From Prorocentrum cordatum (taxonomy: Eukaryota), in NCBI GenBank assembly GCA_963575745.1, contig CAUYUJ010000151.1, positions 1-64,000 of the forward strand: a DNA stretch of 64,000 bases, read 5' to 3'. Of this stretch, positions 36,918-48,916 are shown piece by piece. Made by a program: the position numbers and the translations under genes. The notes beneath the pieces are model-generated. The model saw only the letters and a program-made list of their open reading frames with translations. It was not told the DNA's origin and did not search any database. How positions within the stretch are numbered: position 1 is the stretch's first letter; each line of letters opens with the position of its first letter.

Positions 36918-39840
36918 CTACACCAGGGGCGCGGGCGGCGAGTACACAAACTTGCTGAGCCCGAGCCTTGACAGCAGTCCGAACACTTTGAAAATGCGAA
37001 ACTCGAACTTGGTTTGATGTGCGTGTTCGGCGGCCGACCTCAGTGTTACATTTAGGGACTCGTCGAGCCACGTTGCGTAAAGCCACGGATTCCCATGCCA
37101 CCTGATCCTGTCAAACGGGGCAACAACATGCGGGGGGGGGTCCCAAGGCACACAACGGTTAGACACCAATTGAACACATTCTGTTTTACGTAAACACATC
37201 AGGTTTTTATCAACAAAACGTAATAGTTAGATGCCATGCCCCCCCAGGATTCATCGCACATGCTCCCGAACTTTCGTGTTTATTACCCTCACGCCCTCGA
37301 CGCACTGCCTCCCTAGTGCAGCTGCTCTCGTCTGCCGTCACTACCCCCATCGAGTTCGCCAGCTTCGTCCTGCGAGTTCCTATGGGCGGCGCCACAGGGT
37401 CCTACGAGGTCCTATGGGCTGCGTAGGGGTGCGTAGGTGTCTGGATGGTTTCACGCACTGCATGCGGGCGCCACTCGGGGACGGCGTCCGGGGACTGCGC
37501 CCGGGGAGGGGACGCACGGTCCTACGACCCCCTACGCTACCCATAGGACCTCGTAGGACCTCGTTCCGTGTGCACTGGCGTTGACATCGGGGGCGGGGAT
37601 GATGGGCGTGCCATAGAACCCTTCCCCCGTCATGTTATGTGCCGCGCCCAGCCTGTCGACCAAGTGCATGCTGAAATGATACTTCGGCACGAAAGCAATG
37701 CCCGCGAGTTCCGAGCGAGCAAGGTGGAGCATCATCAGGTCGAACACCCTTTGACACGTCTGCTCTGCAACTTTCATGGGCGCCTCTTTGAGAGTTTCCA
37801 TCAACTCAACCATGGCCTCGCCACTCTTAACTAAGTGGCCGTAGTCGGGGACATTCTGGCATACCGTGAGACGATCCAGCGCAAATTTCATCAGGCAGTA
37901 TGTCTGGTGTGCTTTGAATTTCATTGGACAGCCACAGTGTTTCCCCGACTGCATAATGGACGCGTCTGGCTCCGCCCCCCTCTCCACTCTTCCTCTTCCG
38001 CTCCTCCGGCTCTCCTCTCCTCACCCTCCTCCCCCCCTCTCTCCCCCACGTCCCCATCTCATCGCCTTTCTCCCCCTTCCTCTTCTCCTCTCCCCTCCTC
38101 GTTCTGGCGCTACCTCCTTCCCCACCCCTCCCCCTCTGCTCTCCTTCTCCTCGCTCCGCTGGCTCTCTCCTCTGGCTCTCCCCTCCTTCCTCCGCTCCTC
38201 CCCCTCCCATCCCGTCTTCTCCCTCGCCCCCTCTCCCCTCTCTCGCTCCTTCCCCCTCACCCTGCTCTCCCCGCCCAAAATCGAGGAAGTGAGCTCCCAA
38301 ATCCTATCAGATTGTTTGATATCATTTCTGTTTTGCCACTCGGACATGTCGGCACTGAGTTTCTTGATGCACGTTTCAATCTTTGTACTTTTTTGGCCAC
38401 GTACTTGCCATGGGTTCGCTATGATTATACGCCACAGAACACAGGACGCCCACCGCTGTATGGGGCCATAGCACAGTGTATGTAACGCGTCAACACCTAG
38501 ATGAGTGCACGGTTCAATGCCTGTCTCATTCCCGAAGATAGGATTGCGTCTGACAACGAAGCCCTCCCTCGCACCCCCAGCATCATACCGAAACCTCCAA
38601 AACACGATGTTGACTGGGAGCTCGCAATCAAAAAAATCTTTCACGCGATGGAGCGTGCGTGATGGCACAAGCACGTCGCCCTTTCGGAGGTTGCATATCG
38701 GCAGATGCAGGTCGTCAGTCATGGTGTACCCCCATTGCTTATCCCCCTTCTTGTACGCTGCGTTGCGCATGATGGCTGTCCGCTCTGCCTCTGTTGTCAC
38801 ACGTACGTGCTGCTCATGCGATGCGCACCACTGCTCGTAGTCCCCTGGCTTATGTGTTTCCCATGGCAGGTCATCTGGCTGGACATTGGAGTAGAACGCG
38901 TGCATACAATTTTTTGTGCACGCACAGTATGGACACGGACCGTGTGTGGACGTAACTGTTGGCATGCCGTGTGTTTTGTTTGCGTCCGCCCAGTCCCCTT
39001 TCACCCACACCACCGCGGCTCTGAAACCGAGCGCATCACCATGCTTCGCCCGTAGGCGTGATATTGCATGGTCGTCCCCAACACAAGCCCCATCAAAATG
39101 AAAGCGCGGGCGGACACCATCCTCCAAAACTTTTAGTTGCCATCGAAAGTGCTCCAGAATCATCCATATCGAGCACCAGCCCCTACACCCGCACGAGCAT
39201 AATGTGTTCTGACGAACGCTACACAGCAAGTGTCTCTTTTGAGTACTTACATTGACGAGCCAAAAGCCAACCACTGAATCCGTATTGCAGTGCAACGGTG
39301 ATTGGTAACGAACTCCGTCCGTGTATAGTGCCAGCGGGATCACAGCCCCATCACCACCATGCGTTGCCACTATTTTGTTTTTACTGTAGCACTCGGGCCA
39401 GTCTGCGGAGGCAACCTGATCTAGCAACCCGGGGTTACACCGAACCTCGTCTGCAAGCGATTCGTTCACAAGAGAAAGCTTGAACGGATGCTGGTCGTGT
39501 TTTTTTTTTTTCCGACAGGCATATGCAGGTACTCAAACTCGTTATACACAGGGACGAGGCTGTCTAAGTGGTGTTGATACTTACCACTCCGGTGGTTTGG
39601 GTGCATACCGTACTCCCCAAACGGAGCACCCAGTACACCCGCATTGTCTGCATGGCGACATGCGATGCTAAAATCTCGGGCTGGTAATTTCCCAAGAGCC
39701 CACAAAGACTGTAAATGGTGAAATAACGCATGGCCCGCGTGCCTCATATCCTGGAGATCACGCTCGACGTCTGCTCGCTGGCAAGCTGGCGCAGTGTCGA
39801 GCAGCTCTAGAAACCGCCTCTTCTTAGCAACGTTTGACAT
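36918..39840 (-). CDS. CACTA/Plavaka-like DDE transposase, 3 exons, with one frameshift at a homopolymer
   Basis: Motifs LALYTDG, CSCGCRGWCS, KGDW, CPYC, VDALHTLCYG, KFKAHQT, PKYH..H, HGNP..YATWLDESLN. Exons ~39840-38270, ~37980-37653 and 37107-36918. Intron 2 is GACAG|GC...GACAG|G and in frame; intron 1 boundaries are uncertain. Frameshift near the T run at 39499-39511. Confidence 0.82.
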
Positions 39841-40039
39841 GGCAACGGCAGGAGCTGGCAGGGGTACACAAAACAGGGGCGCCGCCTTGACCCCAAATGC
39901 CAGCTACTGCGTTACACGACCCTCCCCCCAGACAGTGCAGACAACACAGTGTGCATGTTCGAAAATTCTGTCTCATCATCCTCATCCTCGTCCTCGTCCT
40001 TCTCCTCCTCCTCCTCCTCCTCCTCCCCCTCCTCCTACT

Positions 40040-40271
40040 CCTCCCATCCCGCCCTCTCCCCAGGGAGATGCCACCCCGTGTCTGTGCCCGAGCTCGAGTG
40101 GCTTTCGGCGGTCTTCGACGGCATTCGGAAGCGTTCGGCAGCATTAGGCGGCCCTCGTAAAAAAAAAAAAATTGGGCACTCGTAACCTCTCCAAAAAATA
40201 AAAAAAAAAAAAAAAAAAAAAACAAAAAAAAAAAAAGAAAAAAATAAAAGAAAAAAGGAAAAAAAGAGAAA

Positions 40272-40303
<32 letters not shown>

Positions 40304-40428
40304 AAAGAAACAAAAAGGCCCTCGGCGTTTTCAAAGAATCACAAAAATCAACAAAAAAAAAAAAAAAAAAAATCAATCAAATTTTCAGCTGGGGTCGGGT
40401 TCTCGCGACTCGGTGTGGGTGACATCGG
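40040..40428 (+). repeat. Internal direct repeat, copy 2, split by a noisy poly-A tract (40159-40380)
   Basis: Homology to 33200-33363 resumes after the A tract. Confidence 0.8.
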
Positions 40429-40907
40429 CTCGGCTGCTCGGCATCAGCCTTGTATCGCATCGCATCGGCTCGTCTCTTCTCTGCAGCTGGACCCGCGCAG
40501 CTGCCTCGTATGTGTATGCCCTCTCGGCGAGGGCCACCAAGCCGCGCGTGAAACGCGCGCGAAAAACTTGAAACCATCCGTGTGTGCAGGAGTACCTCCT
40601 CTCTCCAGCTCCTCCCTTACCATCCCATATTCCCTGCAAGCGTGGATGACCAGCGTGTGGTCGAAGAAGCCCGCTCAGGCGTTGCAGAAGGCCAACGACA
40701 GCATCTCCTGGGCGTTGGCGGGGGGCGGGCACCCTCCAGGGAGCTCCGGGGAGTCTGGCCAGGGATCCGATAGTCATAGCGGTGGCGTGTTGGCCCTCAG
40801 GGGCTCTGACTGATGGGCTGGACCCCGCAGAACCCCTCAGAACCCCGCATGACCCCTTAGGACACCGCAGAACCCCTGCAAGACCCCAAATGACGCGTCC
40901 CTGCGGA

Positions 40908-40990
40908 CTCCTATGGGGTCCTACGGTGGTCCTACGGGGTCCTACGGGGTCCTACGGGGTCCTACGGGGTCCTACGGGGTCCTACGGGTG
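40908..40990. repeat. 10-bp tandem repeat (GGGGTCCTAC) x~8
   Basis: Directly visible; the same motif recurs elsewhere in the element. Confidence 0.9.
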
Positions 40991-41899
40991 CGTCTTCCCT
41001 GTAAAAACACAGGTTTTGCATCATCACTCCTACGGCCTCCTTCGGCACACCTACGCTACACCTGCGGCCTCCTACGGGGGGGTGGCGGTGGATTTCACGC
41101 GCGCGCGCGCACAAACCTTGCGTGGAGCTCTCGGAGCGCGCGCGAGGCGGTTCCGACAAGGTTGGGGGCGGCTGGATGGGTCATCGGGGGTCGGGCGCGC
41201 CTGGGAGGGCTTGACAGCGCCGGAATCTCGTGGCTTGGGGTATGGGGGCTCGGACGCTCGCCTGGACGCGATCGGCCGCCCCCGCCCGGGGAGGAGGACG
41301 AGGAGGGGGGGGCGAGGAGGGGGTGGAGCGGGCACGCGGGATGGGGGCGAAAGGAGGGAGGGAGGGCGGGAGTGAGAGAGAGAGGGGGAAGGAGGGTGTG
41401 TGTGGATGGATGGGAGCAAGAGTGCTAGCGACAGCAGCCAGCGCCGATCCTCCAGCTGCCCGAGTCCAGCTGCGAAATGAAGCTCACCGTGACGCAGCGC
41501 CTCTCGGGGGGACGAGAAACAAGGGGGTATATGCTCCCCTCATCCTCCCCATCCCTCCTCCTCATCCTCCCCCTCCTCCCTCCTCCTTCTCCTCCCTCCT
41601 CCCTCCTTCCTTTCCCTCCTCCTCCTCCTCCTTCCTCTTCCTCCTCCTCCTCCTCCTCCTCCTCCTCCTCATCCTCCCTCTTTGAGAATATTTGAGATTT
41701 TTCGGCTGTCGAATGGTACTGTACACCCACACGAATACAGTACCCGTCCTCCATCGTCCTCATACTCCTCATCCTCCTATGGTGGGTTGGGGCTGGGATA
41801 TTTGGAAAAGGCCGTCGCCTTCCGACGCTCACCCCAACATCACGTAGCCCCGTACGCGTCCACGGACGCCGTCGCGTAGCCCACGGCTTCACATGATGT

Positions 41900-44201
41900 C
41901 TAAGACTCCTTGCGCGCGCGCCTGGCACGCTTCGCAGCTGGCTCATCCGTGCTGGAACGCTCCTCGGGCTTCTTGGACGCCTCATCCCTGGCGCGCTGCT
42001 GGCTCATCAGGATACGGGTCTCGCGCTCCAGGTCGCCGATGACAGGGTCCATCTTCTCCGAGAACTCAGCCAGGTACCTGTCCATCCGCTCGAGCTCGTC
42101 GGGGTTCTTCTTGTCCCTGGCCTTGGTGGCGCGGAGCTCCCCGATGTCGGAGTTCAAGAAGTCGCTGTAGATCTCCCGCTCGCGCATGATCTCCGACAGC
42201 GTGTCCAAAGCCCTCTGGAGCGGCCCCAGGTGCATCGGCTGGTTAGCCCACGCCCACTTGTTAATGATGTTCTCCAACGGAACCTTCTTGATGTCGGCGA
42301 TGAGTGAGTTCGCCCCCGCCTGCGCAACCCCGTAGTTCATCTTTGTGATATTGGCCGCCCCCACGAGCTTCAAGCCAGCCGATGCCTTGGGCCGCGCCTG
42401 CCTCTTGGCAGCAGCTGCTGCTGCAGCTGATGCCTTCGCAGCCGTCTCCTCTGCTGCCTTCGCAGCCGCCTCCTCGGCAGCTTTCTTGGCAGCCTCCTCG
42501 GCAGCCTTCTTGGCCTCGCCGCGTCGCTTCTTCGCGGGAGGCTTTGTCTCCTCCTCCGCCTCGGCCACCGCCGCCTCGTCAGGCTCCTCGGGCTCCTCGG
42601 GCGACTGCTCAGCACCAGTCGCAATCGTCGCAGCGCGGGTGCCCCCGCTGGCACTTGAGGCGGCGCCGACTGCGATGTGCGGAGAGGCGCCGCCGAGCTG
42701 TCGCATCAACCCTCCAGGAAGGCTGCTCAGGTCGGAGTCCTGGGAGAGCAGACAAACCGACGGAGCGGAGGGGGTCGAGGCCGAGTCTGGAGAAGGACGA
42801 GGAGGTCCCCGGGGCGGAGGATTGCTGGGAGGAGTGCGGGGAGCACGATGAGTGTGAAGAAGAGAGGCGAGATGTTGAGGGGCCGATCGGTTCGGATTGG
42901 CCCCTGTCCTTGCTGTGGCCAGTGATCCACTTCTCCTTGAGCGTGGTCCACTTGGTCTCCATGCGCTCCCTGATGCCCTGCACCTTGTAAAGGAACTTGT
43001 AGTCCTTGGACCAGGTGTCGTACTTCCAGTAGGGCTTCCCGCACGCGATTGCCTTGAGAGCCCAGTTGACGGAATTACGGCACCCCTGCTTACCACCACC
43101 TTCTTCCATGGCGATCTTTCCAATCGTATAGTACATTGCATCCGTGAAGGACTCTTTGGCGACCGTGACCTCCTTCTTCAGCGTGGTCATGTGCTTCTCG
43201 TACTCATCGCGGTTCCAGTTCGTGCGCCATTTCTTCTGTGCATCCTGCAAGGCCCTGCCGTCGTACTGGTCTTTCAATGCATCATATTCCGACTTCTTCT
43301 CCGCGTTCTTTTTGTTCTTGCACCAGCGATTCCACCTGCCAGACGCTGGGTTCCCCTTCTTGGTGTCTGTGGTGAACTCAAAGTTGTTGCTTTTCTGGGC
43401 CTCCCAGTAAGATGCATCCGTATCGTCGACCGCGCAGGCATGCGCTAGCTCGCCCTTGAACTCAGCTTCGTCCATCCCGAAGTCCGTGAAGTGCTGGAAC
43501 TTGTCGAAGCCCTCCTTGAAGAGGACTGCGATCTCGTCGATGTCGGAATTCCCTTTCGTGATGAGGTTGGACCCCTCGAACTCCAGGACCTCCTCGATGT
43601 CGAGCTGCCTCTGGAGCTCGCCTTCCATAGTGAGCTCGTCCCCAGCCGCGGTCGAAACTTCCTCCAGGGTGAGGCGCGGCTCGTCCTTGGCCGCCTTCAT
43701 GTGGACCATGGGCGGCTCCACCCTGCCACCTGGCCTCTGGAATGGCGTACCTGGAGCGCGCGGCGTCAGCACCGACAGGGGCTCCTCGTCTGAGTTCTTG
43801 GGCTCCGTCTTGGCAGTCTGGGGCTCATCCGCCAGTTCGTCCTTGGCCTCCTCCTTCGGGGCGATGAGGGGGGTCCCGTCCACGGCCTCCTCCTTCGGGG
43901 CGACGAGGGGGGCCTCCTCCTTCGGGGCGCCGCCGGGCTCCGCCTCGGCGCCGAGCTCGGCGGTGGGGACGGCCGCCGCGGCGGCGGCGGCTGCCCCGGG
44001 GACGGCCGCTGCCGCGGCGCCCGCCTCGGGGACAACGGCGGCGTCCACAGCAGCAGGCGCGCCCGCGTCCTGTGGAGGCCCCGAACCCACTCCAGTCCTA
44101 GTGTAGTGGCGGTGGTGTATCTAGCATGCTACATACACTACCACAACAAAGCTATTCGGTGGTGGTACCGAGGACCCTGACGGCTCCGAATCGCGCGGCA
44201 T
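41900..44201 (-). CDS. Uncharacterised 677-aa cargo protein, 3 exons
   Basis: Exons 44201-44169, 44069-42909 and 42739-41900. Introns are GT-AG and GA-AG (AAG|GAC...CAG|GAC), both phase 0, giving an open 2034-nt CDS that ends in the NLS-like PAAKRARRARKES. Confidence 0.75.
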
Positions 44202-44755
44202 GGCGCCCAGGAGACGGACCAGGCGGGAACGGCGAGCTGAGGGCGACACCCTCGTTTGTTTCGGCCAGGACACTTGCACTCGGGCCATACGGACTACAAT
44301 TTTGACGTGCTTAGTTACCCCCATTGGGGTCGGCGGGCTTGGGGAGGGGGCATTATCTTCCTCCTCCTCCTCGGCCTCCTCATCCTCCTCATCCTCCCTG
44401 GGGATGCGGGTCGACATCACCCTCAGTTCCACCCCCTAGTTTCTACCCCCTCTGTTTCGATCCCCCCGTTCCCACATGTCCACCGACCCCCCCTCCGCAC
44501 TTCACGACATTGCTTCCTCTATTTCTGATTTGAGAGACGGAGGAGGATGATGAGGAGGGCAGGGGGGGATGAGGAGGTGGAAGAGCAGGACGAGGATGAG
44601 GAGGAGGTGGAGGAGCAAGTGGCGACCTTTCAGGCGGTCACGCACACCCCGAGCGATGTTTCGCTTGAAACAGTACTTGTGCCTGTACGTTTCGCTCTAG
44701 TACAGGGTCGAAAACAAAAACGATCCCCCAGGCGGCTGAAACGCCCAGGCACGAA

Positions 44756-45755
44756 TCACCTATCGGGCCTGCTGCAGGCGCCCACGAAACCCCTGAGCGC
44801 GGCGACGTTGAGCATCGGGGCGGTGTCGGAGACCAGGAAGGGAGCGTCGTCGTCCTCGTCCGAGCTGGGCAGGAACTGGACGTGGTTGTGCGGTCCTAGG
44901 GCATACGAGCATACAGCGGGACGAGCGGACAGCGGACGAGCGAGAGACAGAGGAGGAGGACGACGAGGAGGATGAGGGGGACGAGGAGGAGGAGATGATT
45001 ATAATTAGATGGTGGGTGGGAGATGATGAGAAGGAAGGGGTGGGTGAGGACGAGGGGCGGAGAGGACGAGCACCCCCCTCCCTGGATGAAGGGGGGGTGG
45101 AGTACGACGCGAGCCCCCCCCCCAGAGACGAGGCCTCCCGGGGAGTACTCGGCGGGACACTTGGATGGGGTGCGGTCACGAAAATGACGGGCGAGCCGCG
45201 CGTGACGACGACGACGACGTGACGACGACGACGACTGCTGTGGATGAGGAGAAGGACACTGTCCTGAGCTCCGCGACATCGTGTAGCTCGGCGGCCCCCC
45301 AGTCGACGGCGTGGCGCTTGGTGACGGAGCGATCTCCTTGGGCAGCGGCGTCTTCTCCTTGCTGGGCGGCGTCTTCGCCTTGGCCGTCATCCTTTTCTTG
45401 GGAGGCGCGGCGGCCACCTCCGCCGTCGCCTTGGCCTTCTCCTCCTTCGTGTTGGTAGCGGGGCTCCTCTCCTCCTCTGCGCTGCCGCCCTCGGCGGCGA
45501 GGCTCTCTTCCCCCTCTGCGCTGCCGCCCGTCTGGGCTGCAGCAGGGCGCTTCATCCTTGCCGTGACCTCCTCCGACGGCTGCGCGGCCTGCTTCGACGG
45601 CTGCGCGGCAGCAGGGCGCTTCCTGGGCGGCTCCGCGTCATCATCCTGCATCTTCTTCTTGGCCTTGCTCGGGTCGGACTGGTGCAGGCCCTTCTTGAGC
45701 TCCTCGGCCTGCAGTTTGGTGATCGCGCCGCTCGACATCTGCGTCATGATGCCCT

Positions 45756-45788
<33 letters not shown>

Positions 45789-48483
45789 CCCGCAGCGGTG
45801 CGATATGCAGCCCATGTACTGTAATGAGGCACTGCCATGTCATGAAGTACGCTCTAGGACTACGTTCCCAGAGCGTACTTCATGACAGGGCAGTGCCTCA
45901 TTATCGTGTATAGGATGTATCGCACCTCATTCATCGCGCACGCCCGCTCAGCGATTCTCCTCTCTCCAACCACCACCATCGCCCATCTCGTGCCCTCCTC
46001 TCCGTCCTCCTCCTCTCCTCCTCCGCCTCATCCTTCCCGCTCATTCCCCTCCACATCCCCCTCCCCCCTCTCCCCCTGCCTCATCATCATCCCTCATCCC
46101 ACACCTCCACCGTTTAACAACCCTCCCATGTCGACCTTCATGCCCTTCAGCGACTGATCGAATGCGCCCTGCTCCTGCCCCGCCACAATGAGCTGCAGCT
46201 TCTGCTTTGCGCTGCTGCCCGTCTGCTTCAGCATGACGCAAAGGAATCTGTCGAGGATTCGCAGTGGGATGGAACGCACAGGGGATGGGGAAGGGATGGA
46301 GGGTGTCAGGGATTGGGGTGTTGAGGGAGGGGTGGGAGCGAGGACATCATGAGATGGAAGGGCGAGGATTGGGGTGGAGATGAGTGGGGAGGATTGATGA
46401 CGAGGTGGACGGGCTAGGGCGCCCTCCTGGGGCGAGGGGGGGGGGGCGGCATGCGACCCACGTCGATCCTCACTCCACGCTCGTTCTTCTCGATCAAGCG
46501 CCAGAAGCTGCCACCCTCGACCTCGATCTCCTCGAACGCTTCGCTCCTGGGCTGGGTCGAGAGGGAGACAAGACTGGCGGGGGGGGGATGAGAGGACGAA
46601 CTCCTACGCACTCCTATGGGGTCCTACGCCGCGCGTAGGACCCCATAGGACCCCATCGGTGTGCGTAGGAGTTCGCCTCCCCCACCCGCGCCCGCTCCAT
46701 CGTTTACTCACCTCCTCCTCATCATCCTCGTCCTCCTTCCGCTCCTCCTCCTCCTCTTCCTCCTCCTCCTCATCTTCCTCCCCCCCTCCCTCCTATCGCC
46801 CCCCGCCCCCATCGTCGTCGGTCCTTTTGCCGTCCAGGGATCGCAGCTGGCCGCGCGTCAGCTGCGGGATGTAGTACTCGACCCCGTCGGCCCACTCCGC
46901 GCGCACTTGCTCGTCGTCGTTCTTCGCCACCACGTACTCCAGGGGCTTGCTGGGCTCGGGTGGCCCGACGGCGCCGTCGGTGTCAATCCTTTTGCGCGTG
47001 GCCACCTGCTCGGGCGGGGGGATGGAGCCCAGACGAGGTCCACTCTCCTCCTCCTCCTCCTTCTCACCCTCCTCCTCCTCCTTCCACTCCTCATCTTCCC
47101 TTCCCCCCTTACCCCCTCTCATTCTCCTCATCCTCATCTTCCTCCGCCTCCGCCTCATCCTCATCTTCATCCTCCTCCTCCTCATCCAACTCCTCCTCCT
47201 CCCCCTCCTCCCCTGTGTCCTCCTATCCCTCTTCCCCTTCCCTCTTATCTCCCTTCTCCTTGCTTATTCCTCCTATAACCTCCTCCTCATCCCCTCCGTC
47301 CAGTAAGGGCCTGGGCATCGGGGTCGTAGCCGAACCGCCACGTGCCGCCCTTGTCGCCAGGAGGGCCCTCGCGTGCAGCTTCGCCAGCAGCGTCGTCAGT
47401 GAAGCCTGGGCTAGAGCGAGCGAGAGAGAGATGGATAATGAGGGATGGTGGGCAAGGGAGGATAGAGCACTGGTGAGGGAGAGGTCAATCGGGGAGGGAG
47501 GGGAAGGTGGGATGAGATGGGAGACGATACGGTGAGAATGAGGCGAGGACGACTCGACGTTCGCTTCCGAGAACCTTCTAGCCACGTCCAATTCGCGTGG
47601 GTCACGTCCTGCTTCTTGTCCTTCATCTTGATGAAGCCCTGCGCCACGTCGCGCTTCATGGCGCGGAGCCTCTTCGCCTGCTTCTCCGACCACGCGCCGA
47701 TCTCGTCGGCGAGCCGCCACTCCTGCGCCTTGGCCTTCGCGACCGTTTCGAGGGCCGCCTTCATCTTCTGCTGTGGGGTACCTGGGGGCGGGGGTGGCGG
47801 GCGGTGAGCGCAATCATGAGGTTGGACAGTGTAGGCTGATGAGGGTGGGGAGTGGGTCGAAGATGGCGACGCCGAGGATGAGACCGATGCGAGATGGATA
47901 TGGAGGACGAGGATGGGTTCGATGCATACGCACTCCTATGGGGTCCTACGTCGCGCGTAGGACCCCATAGGAGTGCGCGAGCGTCGCGCCCGTCCTCGCC
48001 TTCTATATCCCATCCGCCCGCCCCCCTGCTCATTGTTTTCCTCCTGCTCGTCCGACCCCCCCCCCCTCATCCACCACACCTGTCATCACCCATCGTCCTC
48101 TAGTTCGTCCCACCGCCAACACTTCGTCATCGCTCGGTCTCATCCTGTCCGTCATCATGCCCCCTCCTCCTCCTCCATGCACATGTCCTCCTACTCCTCG
48201 TCCTCGTCATTATCTTTATCCTCGTCGTCTCGGATTCTCCCTGGGGGACCGTTCGGAACGGCGTTGATCAGAGCCTTGTACTTCGCCAAGTTGGCCGTGT
48301 CCCTGGCACCGCAAAGCTCCTGGGACGGGGGGGGCGAATGGGAGGAGGAGGCAGGGGGAAGAGGAAGAGGAGGAGGAAGAGGTCCTCTCGGTATACGATG
48401 AAGGCGCTGTCCGTCATCACTGGCGCGATGCGTGCACTGAGCTCATGACCATCGCTCTGGAACTTGCCACGTTTGGGGGCCAT
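44756..48483 (-). CDS. Uncharacterised 490-aa cargo protein, 9 exons, with a basic KRPAAA-containing tail
   Basis: Exons 48483-48385, 48319-48250, 47781-47575, 47405-47311, 47005-46824, 46546-46469, 46247-46136, 45753-45264, 44895-44756. Donors GA, GT, GT, GC, GA, GA, GT, GA; all acceptors AG. All phases are compatible (1473 nt, no stop). Begins MAPKRGK. Confidence 0.75.
45822..45903. repeat. 82-bp near-perfect hairpin (MITE-like) in intron 7 of the 9-exon gene
   Basis: TAATGAGGCACTGCCATGTCATGAAGTACGCTCTAGG pairs with CCCAGAGCGTACTTCATGACAGGGCAGTGCCTCATTA. Confidence 0.9.
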
Positions 48484-48513
48484 TTCAGGAACTCTCCGTT
48501 CCTTGGAGGCTCT

Positions 48514-48523
48514 CTTGAGCCAA
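48514..48523 (-). other. Spliced-leader 3' relic TTGGCTCAAG, 30 nt upstream of the ATG at 48483
   Basis: Exact match to the last 10 nt of DinoSL, in sense orientation. Confidence 0.5.
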
Positions 48524-48642
48524 GGCCTCCCGGGGAGGCATCCCGGGGAGGCTGAGGGGCGGGACGCAGACGGAGAGAGCAGGGGAGGAGAGGAGGGGGC
48601 ACGTGAGGAAGGGGCAGGGGGGTGGGAGGGGAAGGAGGAGGG

Positions 48643-48892
48643 AGCTTGAAATTTGCAACAGTCTCAGGGATGGGGGGCGGTTCCTGTTCAAAATGGGGTT
48701 TTCGCCTGAGACTTCCTTGCAATTTATGATCCTGAAGCTTGAAATTTGCAGCAGTTTCAGGGGTGGAGGTCGGTTCCTTGTCAAAATGGGGCTCTCGCCT
48801 GAAACTTCCTTGCCATGTATGACCCTGAAGTTTGAAATTAACAACAGTTACAGGGATGGAGGGCGGTTCCTTTTCAAAATGGGGTTCTCGCT
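48643..48892. repeat. ~90-bp tandem repeat x~3 (GCCTGAGACTTCC family)
   Basis: TTGAAATTTGCA..GGCGGTTCC..TCAAAATGGGG..TCGCCTGARACTTCC repeated. Confidence 0.9.
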
Positions 48893-48916
48893 GATTTCGG
48901 GTGTCAGGGAGGCCAG

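Noticed and set aside
35848..40700. UGA recoding as an explanation of the in-frame TGAs
   Set aside because: The intact genes here use TGG for Trp and the 9-exon gene ends in TGA, so mutation or sequencing error is simpler.
40420..41880. Possible additional small spliced cargo gene (e.g. QEMLSLAFCNA*AGFFDHTLVIHACREYGM|GTAAGG)
   Set aside because: It has an in-frame stop and no coherent start or end could be built. It may be a real but degenerate gene.
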